Below, piece by piece: positions 1-7,742 of a stretch of 64,000 bases of DNA (its first letter is position 1; each line of letters opens with the position of its first letter). The position numbers and the translations under genes were made by a program. The DNA lies in the UHGV virus genome UHGV-2031204; one strand, written 5' to 3'. Under the pieces are notes generated by a model. That model was given only the letters and a program-made list of their open reading frames with translations. It searched no databases and was not told the origin of the DNA. The DNA is from a virus.

Positions 1-4
1 TCTC

Positions 5-523
5 GTGATGTCTGGAGAAACGCCAGAGTTTATCCTGGAAAGTATCTGCCGTTACGTATACGGTGATGACAATATCCATTTTGAAGATTTGGTCATTCGT
101 GTTTCACCCCGTGTAATGACGGTGATGCGCAACTATCTTTCAGCTATGGTTGTGGATGAACAGCTTGCTGTAGGTAACGATGCGCGTCTGACGCGTATTG
201 CAGAATACTTGCGTCTTTATCCGCAAAACCCTTCTGCGTTCGTATTCCTAAACCTACCTGAAGATCCCGATTTGACGGTTGTCCAACAATCGTTAGTGTT
301 TGACGTCGAAGATTACAGCGAAACAGAATTACTCGAGATGTATACGGTAGGGCTTTCGATTATCGATAACGATGACTTCGATGACGCGTATGCCGATCTT
401 TCGACGAACTTAGAGAAACTTAATAATGATGGGTTACAACCCATTACTGTTTTACAACCTGCATTAAAAAGCCTACGGCTGATTTATCAGGTTGAGGAGG
501 CAGAGCACGATGACGAGGTTTGA
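5..523 (+). CDS. hypothetical protein (possibly 5-prime truncated at window edge)
   Basis: ORF open from window start (GTG 5 / ATG 8); overlaps next gene by 14 nt; no motif recognised. Confidence 0.45.
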   Translation: MMSGETPEFILESICRYVYGDDNIHFEDLVIRVSPRVMTVMRNYLSAMVVDEQLAVGNDARLTRIAEYLRLYPQNPSAFVFLNLPEDPDLTVVQQSLVFDVEDYSETELLEMYTVGLSIIDNDDFDDAYADLSTNLEKLNNDGLQPITVLQPALKSLRLIYQVEEAEHDDEV

Positions 524-1811
524 GTTCTTAGTAGCGGCATGTAAAGCAGAGGCATGGCGACGTCTGGTCTGGCGCATTGCTATTTTTAACATGTCGGTAT
601 TTCCAACAGGGCGCGAAGAACCCGAAGCGTTTGATATAACGTATATCGACGGCTTACCGCATTATTACGCTGTAGAAGACGGCAAGGGCAGTTGGGAACC
701 GATTACTGACGGCGTAAAGGACCAGGAGCTGTTTGTCCCTGAAGAACAGTTCGAGCTACGCCCTGACGATTATCCCGGTTTAGACGGTCCTATTCCCACG
801 ACAGTAGGACGATACGTTTTTAACTGGATTGTTATCTGGTATGCATTTGGTACACGCTTACCCTATCTGGCGATTTCACAAAACCCGTTGGAATATCGCA
901 AAGAGATGCATCGGCGTTGTTTAGACCATGAAACCGATGAGCCAGAAAACGAAGGTGCAATTCGACCGAGTATGATTGAGCGCTTTGTAAGCGGTTTACA
1001 CGAACTCGCGCCACTTACGTCAGGGATTGCACCAACCGGTACGTTACGAAGTCTCACAGTGCATCCTGATGCGTATAAAATCCGCGATGCGTTACTGTTG
1101 AAGCACAAAGACGAGTTAGACGATCCTGCCGTTATCGTTAAGATTGAAAAAGCGTTGGATGAGTTAGACAAAGAATGGTTGTCGGGTGACCAATCTATTG
1201 AGTTTTATAACTCGCCGAAATCGCGGATGCGTCGACGTAAATTAATGCTGATGTACGGTATCGAATCGTCTTTTCAGGAAGGGGGTCATTACACGCTCAT
1301 TCCGAACGCGTTAGTTGAAGTTGATAAGGCGGGGATGGAAAACCTGGTTGCGAAATTCAACTCTATCCGTGAAGGTTCATTCTCTCGTGGTGCGGAAACA
1401 GCGAAAGGGGGTGAGCAGGTACGTATTATCCAGATGATTTTCCAGAACCACCGAATCGTCCCTGGTGACTGCGGAACGAAACTAACGTACCCGGTTGTGA
1501 TTACCGAAGATAACGTAAAACGTTACGTTGGGATGAATGCGATGGTTAATGGTAAACTGACACCATTGACTGAGGAATATTTAAAACAACAGTTAGGTAA
1601 GGTGGTGCGGTTACGCCGACCCATCTTATGTCAGTATGGCCACATCGACACCTGCACAGCGTGTTCGTCTGCGAATAAAGGGGAAGAACCTCGCGCAATC
1701 GCTGCGGATATATCCTCGGCGTTCTCTAACGTTATGTCCGTGGCAATGGCCGCGATGCATGGTAAAGAGACAGTGGTACACGAATTTAATCCATCGATCC
1801 ACATTACGTAA
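510..1811 (+). CDS. hypothetical protein
   Basis: ATG 510 preceded by AGGAGG at 495-500; 433 aa; function not recognisable by eye. Confidence 0.55.
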   Translation: MTRFEFLVAACKAEAWRRLVWRIAIFNMSVFPTGREEPEAFDITYIDGLPHYYAVEDGKGSWEPITDGVKDQELFVPEEQFELRPDDYPGLDGPIPTTVGRYVFNWIVIWYAFGTRLPYLAISQNPLEYRKEMHRRCLDHETDEPENEGAIRPSMIERFVSGLHELAPLTSGIAPTGTLRSLTVHPDAYKIRDALLLKHKDELDDPAVIVKIEKALDELDKEWLSGDQSIEFYNSPKSRMRRRKLMLMYGIESSFQEGGHYTLIPNALVEVDKAGMENLVAKFNSIREGSFSRGAETAKGGEQVRIIQMIFQNHRIVPGDCGTKLTYPVVITEDNVKRYVGMNAMVNGKLTPLTEEYLKQQLGKVVRLRRPILCQYGHIDTCTACSSANKGEEPRAIAADISSAFSNVMSVAMAAMHGKETVVHEFNPSIHIT

Positions 1812-1824
1812 GGATTATTAGCCA

Positions 1825-2334
1825 ATGGCAACTAAAGATATTTCGACACAAGATGAGCGCCCGGCAGCTGTAAGACGCGCTGAGGAAAATGCGGTAAATT
1901 ACAGCCAAGATGACGCGTACCAGGTGCGACTTATTGCTACTCAGCTCGATGAGGCTGGCGGGGCAATTAGCCAAAATAAACCGAAAGATACCCCAGAAGC
2001 TGACGACGCTTTCCGTAAGTTACATCAATCGTTCCGTACGTTGTTTGAACTTCGTGGTCAGGCATTCATTGATGCGTTCAATGTGTTCGTTGAGGCTGCA
2101 ATTAAACACAAGCGTGGTATCTTCTACTATCCTAATGTGAACTACCATTTAGATTGGTTTTACGATTCTGCTGAACGTGAAACATATGTCGTGTTTATCA
2201 ACATGTTAGTACGCTTCGCAAATTCTCAGGATAAAGCAAACTTTGCTCAGCGTGACAACGTTGGACGTTTGGTACAACGTGTGACCGATCCAGAGCTGCA
2301 ACACTTGCTGGCTTACTGCTTCAACGCGGCATAA
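1825..2334 (+). CDS. hypothetical protein
   Basis: 169 aa ORF ending just before bidirectional terminator at 2341-2380. Confidence 0.55.
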   Translation: MATKDISTQDERPAAVRRAEENAVNYSQDDAYQVRLIATQLDEAGGAISQNKPKDTPEADDAFRKLHQSFRTLFELRGQAFIDAFNVFVEAAIKHKRGIFYYPNVNYHLDWFYDSAERETYVVFINMLVRFANSQDKANFAQRDNVGRLVQRVTDPELQHLLAYCFNAA

Positions 2335-2340
2335 AAGTAT

Positions 2341-2380
2341 TACCCTACTCCCGAAGGAGTAGGGTAACGTTTATTTTTTT
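2341..2380. terminator. bidirectional rho-independent terminator between convergent genes
   Basis: Hairpin TACCCTACTCC-CGAAG-GAGTAGGGTA followed by T-run; near-identical copy at 7699-7726. Confidence 0.7.
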
Positions 2381-4160
2381 ACCGTGCAGCTTTGATGTAT
2401 TCAAAAGGATCGGTAATCGTTTCTCCTTGTCTACGTAGAAAAGCTTCTAAGACGACATTTTTATCGGGCAATAGGAAGAAATCTGTCGCGATTTCCATTG
2501 CATTGACGCGCCCCGCAGTAAGGTTAATACCGACACGACGCCGTACCTCTTCAGGAACACCGTGAATGCTCAGTAGCTCGATTAACGTTGTTTCACGAGA
2601 CTGGTTCATCATGTTCGTTGCAGATGGGTATGCCTGGGTTAAGTCAGCATCCGCAGTTTGCCCACGGAAAGCCGTGTAGAAATCATCAACTTCTTTGATG
2701 ATGTTTCGTAGCCCATTCTCTGCGTTCATACACGCAGTCAATGTAACAATCCAACCATCCGTCCCAATGACTTCATTGTCGAAATCGTTACGCATCGCGC
2801 TACCCACACAACCGATAACCAGGCCCTGTTCATAGAGGTAATACGTGTATGCAATACAGATTCGCTTCGGCAGAGAAGGGAAAATATCATACATCGAATA
2901 ACCCGCCAAAACTGAAATAGCAGAAGACAGATCGTTCGTCTTTTTATCGAGCAGAACAATCATCAAGTTATCGAAGATGTTATAAACGCAGTATTCTAAC
3001 GGGAAATCTTTCTGCGCCTTTAAGTGCCATTCCAACTTCTCCTCGTAGGGCAGTTCCGGTAAGTCCAACTTGTTTAAACCCAACTCGGTTTCCAGTATCG
3101 CGTTAAGTTTGTAAGAGGGGCGTTGTCCCTCGTGTACACGCAATGAACGGAATAGACACATTGCATCTACACAGTAGAATGACGCCGTACAATAAAGAAT
3201 GTGCCACTGTTGCGAAGGCGCTTTTGTTAATGACTTTGATTCCGTTTTCTTCGATGCTTCGTCTTTCTTAAAGTAGACACGACGGTACTGTTTTGGCACG
3301 TCAGGATGACAGAAGACGTCTTCCGGTGGAATCCCCGCAGCTTCTAAAGCTTCCAACATACGTGAAATATCGAACTCGTGGTTCCATGCGACGAGTAAGT
3401 CAGGAAGCCGAGGATGGATTTCCTCAAACATCCGTTGAATGCAACAACCTGAATTGAGGCATTCGTAAACGAAGATTTTGTAACCATCGATAACGTTTTT
3501 GTATTTAACGATAGGATTGTCGTTCTCGTCTTTTCCACGAAAAGCGATTTTAGAAAGCAATTCCTGAGCACGTTTGACGAGTCGCGCTTCAAAGTTTTCA
3601 CGCCCACAACGGGTGACGTAGTCTTTCGTAGCAAAGAAATGAATTTCGTCGTCTAAAACAAAACTCATAATCCAGGGGTCTCGAGACTTGTCTTCTTCTC
3701 GAGTTTCCACGTCGTATACACAGATGCGGTTAGGTGAAACAGCATTAGGCCATTTACGTATGTACTTTTCTTTAATCCAGCTAGTAATGGGCAAATCAGC
3801 CCAGTAAACATACGGTGAAGTACAAACCTGACGGAGTGGTTTCTTTTTATCGGGAAAACGAATCCCCAGACCCATCTGTATGGTTGAGGACATCATTACG
3901 TCCGTTGTTAAATATTCCTGGCACTTACTACGTTCTTCGTATTCTTTCTTTTCCTTGTGATTACGATGTTGTGGTAAAGTAATGTAGATGGGCCGTTTCA
4001 GATTTTCACGCATGACAATTCGTGGGATATATCTGCCATCTTTAGTATGGACGACCTCCTTTATGAGCACGAAGTCGTTTTCTTTCTGCTGATCGGTTGC
4101 GTAAGAAACAAACTTGCACTCCTTGGCAATAACGTCTTCCGGTGCGTAATAGTTATTCAT
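2379..4160 (-). CDS. DEDDy-type 3'-5' exonuclease domain protein (family B DNA polymerase-like proofreading domain; possible fragment of a split polymerase)
   Basis: Ordered motifs YDVETRE (Exo I), WNHEFD (Exo II), YCVDAM (Exo III, YCxxDA signature); no polymerase A/B/C motifs; start 4160 (MNNYY, GAGAG RBS) preferred over longest-ORF start 4274. Confidence 0.6.
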   Translation of the reverse strand: MNNYYAPEDVIAKECKFVSYATDQQKENDFVLIKEVVHTKDGRYIPRIVMRENLKRPIYITLPQHRNHKEKKEYEERSKCQEYLTTDVMMSSTIQMGLGIRFPDKKKPLRQVCTSPYVYWADLPITSWIKEKYIRKWPNAVSPNRICVYDVETREEDKSRDPWIMSFVLDDEIHFFATKDYVTRCGRENFEARLVKRAQELLSKIAFRGKDENDNPIVKYKNVIDGYKIFVYECLNSGCCIQRMFEEIHPRLPDLLVAWNHEFDISRMLEALEAAGIPPEDVFCHPDVPKQYRRVYFKKDEASKKTESKSLTKAPSQQWHILYCTASFYCVDAMCLFRSLRVHEGQRPSYKLNAILETELGLNKLDLPELPYEEKLEWHLKAQKDFPLEYCVYNIFDNLMIVLLDKKTNDLSSAISVLAGYSMYDIFPSLPKRICIAYTYYLYEQGLVIGCVGSAMRNDFDNEVIGTDGWIVTLTACMNAENGLRNIIKEVDDFYTAFRGQTADADLTQAYPSATNMMNQSRETTLIELLSIHGVPEEVRRRVGINLTAGRVNAMEIATDFFLLPDKNVVLEAFLRRQGETITDPFEYIKAAR

Positions 4161-4231
4161 GATTTCACTCTCAAATCTAGCGGCTGCTATACTGATTTGT
4201 GGGTAATGTAATTTCTCAAAAGGAAACACAA

Positions 4232-5566
4232 ATGGGATATTGGCAAAATCACATTGCATCAGTTGCGGATGCAAAGGTTGTAGCCGCAGAATCGATTAAA
4301 TTCCAAGACAAAAAGAAGCTGGCAGAATTGGCTGATATTATTGCTAAGTTTCGTGGAGCAGGCGATTTCAGTCCTGCTGGCTACGAAAGTGCCGGGGTTT
4401 CGGATTGGGTATTTAAGAATATCGGCATTACGATTCACTTTAAGAACGGTGGTGAACTGGGTCTTGCTGACGTTGCTTTTGCAGGTGTGGAACCACCGAA
4501 ATTGGATGCAAACAGTCCAATCATCGCATCGATGACTCGTGCGCTGTACGCAGGTAACAAAGACCTGGATATGTACAGTAAGTTCATCAAAGAAAACGAG
4601 CTAAACTCAACAATCGATGACAGCAGTGCAAAAATCAGTGGCGATCTGAGCAAAGTGGGTTCTCCGCTTTATCTTACCCCGGTGCTGTTGGAAAAATTAA
4701 ATTTGACCGATCTGGAAATCGCCTCGGTGATTCTTCACGAAGTCGGGCACATCTACTATTATTTCCGCACTCTGATGCGCACTGTGGTGACTGATTTGCT
4801 GGCGGATGCTGCGGCTAACCGCATCATGGAAACGGAAGACCAGAATGTCCGCTTGCGTATCGTTAAAGACGTAGAGAAGATGCTGAACACGAAAGTGAAT
4901 CAGCCAGAAACGATTTGTACTGAGTACAAAAAAGAAAACGTCTACATGCACTTGGTCACACAGCTGTTATTAGATCGTCCGTTTATTAGTGGCAGTCAAG
5001 GCTTTGCTAACAGAACGTGGGAACGTGCTGCGGACGATTTTGCTTCCCGTTTCGGAGGCGCTCCTTATCTGGCTTCCGCACTGTATAAAATGGAAACCAG
5101 TTCGTTCTATTTGCTGCGGAACTCAGCGTATATGAACATGGGTGTCCATTTGACAGTAGAACTTTTCCGCGTGACTGCGCTGATAGTCTCTTCTACGATT
5201 CCAATCATTCCGGTGATCTCCGTGACGTTCGGAATGATCTTAAATGACCCGGATAACACCATTTACGATCCGCCACAGCAGCGTTTTGAGGCAATGCGAC
5301 GTACACTCGTTGAAGAACTCAATACGATTAAAGACAAAAATACGAAAGCTGCTAACGAGCAACGTAAACGTATTTTAGATGGTATTGCGGTTATCGACAA
5401 GTTATTAGAAACCGTAAAAGATAAAGATAACTTGTACCAGTTTATCTGGAATACTTTAACGCCGAAGGGTCGTCGCTCACGTGCTGCAGTTGATTACCAG
5501 CGCGCGATTGGGAAGTATATGTCGAACGATCTTCGTATTGCTTCAGCCATGTTTAATGTCGAATAA
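4232..5566 (+). CDS. putative Zn-dependent metallopeptidase (HExxH, M48-like)
   Basis: HEVGH motif followed downstream by ERAADDFA motif; start 4232 with AAGGA RBS (longest ORF starts 4199). Confidence 0.55.
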   Translation: MGYWQNHIASVADAKVVAAESIKFQDKKKLAELADIIAKFRGAGDFSPAGYESAGVSDWVFKNIGITIHFKNGGELGLADVAFAGVEPPKLDANSPIIASMTRALYAGNKDLDMYSKFIKENELNSTIDDSSAKISGDLSKVGSPLYLTPVLLEKLNLTDLEIASVILHEVGHIYYYFRTLMRTVVTDLLADAAANRIMETEDQNVRLRIVKDVEKMLNTKVNQPETICTEYKKENVYMHLVTQLLLDRPFISGSQGFANRTWERAADDFASRFGGAPYLASALYKMETSSFYLLRNSAYMNMGVHLTVELFRVTALIVSSTIPIIPVISVTFGMILNDPDNTIYDPPQQRFEAMRRTLVEELNTIKDKNTKAANEQRKRILDGIAVIDKLLETVKDKDNLYQFIWNTLTPKGRRSRAAVDYQRAIGKYMSNDLRIASAMFNVE

Positions 5567-5580
5567 GTAAAGGTAAAATC

Positions 5581-6024
5581 ATGACGCATAAAGTTTCTTT
5601 AAATTCCCTGGTTCTGGACTTTAAACGTACGAACGAGGGTAAAGGTGTACAGGCACAACGCGCACTGACTGGCCTGGTCGCATTCGCATTGGCTTATAAT
5701 ACCGATATGCCCGATAATGGTCCGTTTGGGTCGAATGAAGTGTCGCAGCTAAAGCTTCGCCCGCTGATGAAAAATGTTGTTTCGGACGTAAACGAGCTTT
5801 ATTGTGTCGATCTGGGCAGTATTGAAGATTTGACAGTGGCACTGTTTTGTAACCGCTACGATAGCGCTTGGGGTGGTCGTCGCGCTATTGAAAACTTCTC
5901 TGTCCGTGAGATTTTCAATGAAGCCTTGGGCGACGATGTATGGGATACCGTTAATCTGTGGCTGGAACGTTTCATGGAAACGGTGAAATTCTATATGGAA
6001 GAAACGCGAGGCGAGCTGGTATGA
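5581..6024 (+). CDS. hypothetical protein
   Basis: 147 aa ORF, AAAGG RBS; stop overlaps next start (ATGA). Confidence 0.55.
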   Translation: MTHKVSLNSLVLDFKRTNEGKGVQAQRALTGLVAFALAYNTDMPDNGPFGSNEVSQLKLRPLMKNVVSDVNELYCVDLGSIEDLTVALFCNRYDSAWGGRRAIENFSVREIFNEALGDDVWDTVNLWLERFMETVKFYMEETRGELV

Positions 6025-7691
6025 GTATGGAGATGACAGCAAACATTGCGCAACCGCAGTGGAAACTCGATGAACTTCCTGCACTGTTAGAACAGCGTAT
6101 GGAAGAACGCATCGATTCTGTTAGCCAACTCAATCTCTACATGCAACGTAATGAAGCAGACCTGATTTACGGTTCTCGCCTTATCGCGCAAATTGAAGCG
6201 ATCTTACGGGAAATACGTAATGCAGGGTTGAACCGTGATGTTGCTGTGGCGACTGAATCGTTGCGTCCTGGCACAATCCCGAAGGCGGTACAAAGTGTTC
6301 TGACGTCGAATTATTCCAAAACACACCAGAAAGAAACGGTGGTGGCATTAGAGTCTTACGCTAATTTTGGTAAGATTAGCCTTATCGTGATGGTGATGAT
6401 GGGGATAATGAAAATCCTCAGTTGGATTATCAGCAACGCCGTTCCTTTTGCAGGTGCTGCGAATATTGACGGGAACGACTATCGTGAGAAACTGGAAGAG
6501 AAGTTGGCCGATGTTCCTTTCACAGAGCGCCTGAAAACAACCGTACTGAAAGAAGTTTATCTGGTACTGTCAAAAGGTTTGAAAGACAGCGAGTTAAGCA
6601 ACCTGGAGTTATCTCTTTCGCTGGCCGACGACGTTTTCGTGAACATGGAAGCTGAAGAGTTTCTAAATAAACTCGCCGCTGCGTTAGGTAAATCACCGTT
6701 TATCGATACGTTTAAGAACCATCTTAAACGTCGGCAGAATGAGTTGCAGGTTATTCAGGATCTGCTCGATACGCTGCTTCGGACGAATATCGGTTACGGT
6801 GTATTTGACTTCGGGGTTGCTGAGGAAGTCTATAACGGTTTGCCGCCTGATGTGAAACGTGCTGGAGTGAACATTCCGTCAGATATTCAGTTCAACTTAA
6901 TGAGCACGCTTCTTGACAGTTTTGCCGGTGCGCTTCAGGACTTAGACCAGTCGCTGAAAGACATCAAAACGTATTACCTGTCGAATAATCCGAAGGTAGG
7001 CACATCGCAAGAGAACCAAGTCGCCGCTGTGCATCTGGTTCGTGCGTTAGGCGAGATCAATGGCCGAATTGAATATACTGCCACGGAATTTGGACGACAG
7101 AAAGGTAGCCCGGGTCCAATTTTGCGTGTAAAAGACAAGGTTGAGCTTCTCGGCTATACCACACGTGAATTAGACAACGGTTGGATGATTGCGTCGATCG
7201 GTGCTAACTCTTTCTTTGGCTCCACAACAAATCTGGAGATGATGCGCCAGGAGTTGAGCTTAAGTAACGGGGATTACCGTGAGCTGTTGGCATGTCTGAT
7301 TACACTGGCACGTAGTGGTATCTCGGATGGTGTGGCGAACACCGCACTAGACAAGTATAAGGTGTTGGAGAAACGTGTCGATCAGGTTGTAAAAACCTTG
7401 AAAGATATGGCGCGCCAATCACGTTCTGGCGTCGACAGTCAGAAATGGCAGGCGATGGAACAGGCGTTTAAAGACCAGGTGACGCGAGGGGAGAACTTTA
7501 ACCTTCATGGTCGTGAGCTGACCACGATGATGGTGTTAAACCCTGACCGTAATGTCTGGGATTCTGTTGCGCACAGTGCAAACATGATTAACATGTGGTG
7601 CAAGGCCGCAGGGTCTATGGCAACGGTGTTGAAGCGTGCCAAGTCCAACCCACTTGTGAAAGGCGGGAAGTTCAATAAATTGATTGATTAA
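6021..7691 (+). CDS. hypothetical protein
   Basis: Start 6021 coupled to upstream stop; 556 aa; ends before bidirectional terminator. Confidence 0.55.
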   Translation: MSMEMTANIAQPQWKLDELPALLEQRMEERIDSVSQLNLYMQRNEADLIYGSRLIAQIEAILREIRNAGLNRDVAVATESLRPGTIPKAVQSVLTSNYSKTHQKETVVALESYANFGKISLIVMVMMGIMKILSWIISNAVPFAGAANIDGNDYREKLEEKLADVPFTERLKTTVLKEVYLVLSKGLKDSELSNLELSLSLADDVFVNMEAEEFLNKLAAALGKSPFIDTFKNHLKRRQNELQVIQDLLDTLLRTNIGYGVFDFGVAEEVYNGLPPDVKRAGVNIPSDIQFNLMSTLLDSFAGALQDLDQSLKDIKTYYLSNNPKVGTSQENQVAAVHLVRALGEINGRIEYTATEFGRQKGSPGPILRVKDKVELLGYTTRELDNGWMIASIGANSFFGSTTNLEMMRQELSLSNGDYRELLACLITLARSGISDGVANTALDKYKVLEKRVDQVVKTLKDMARQSRSGVDSQKWQAMEQAFKDQVTRGENFNLHGRELTTMMVLNPDRNVWDSVAHSANMINMWCKAAGSMATVLKRAKSNPLVKGGKFNKLID

Positions 7692-7742
7692 AAAAGATTA
7701 CCCTACTCCCGGAGGAGTAGGGTAACTTTTATTATTTTTTCT
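7691..7742. terminator. bidirectional rho-independent terminator between convergent genes
   Basis: Hairpin TTACCCTACTCC-CGGAG-GAGTAGGGTAA flanked by A-run upstream and T-run downstream. Confidence 0.7.

Noticed and set aside
492-523. Possible programmed frameshift joining ORFs 5-523 and 492-1811
   Set aside because: No slippery heptamer or downstream pseudoknot noticed; an AGGAGG RBS and ATG at 510 support an independent coupled gene.
510-1811. Possible fragment of a split multisubunit RNA polymerase subunit
   Set aside because: Tempting given the promoter motif, but I could not identify any canonical beta or beta-prime motif (NADFDGD, GGQRFGEME) by eye, so it is left hypothetical.
4161-4274. 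Longer N-terminal extensions (minus gene starting 4274; plus gene starting 4199)
   Set aside because: The extended starts make divergent genes overlap by 43 bp and lack RBS; internal starts at 4160 and 4232 have Shine-Dalgarno sequences and leave a 71 bp divergent intergenic region. Not verifiable without proteomics.
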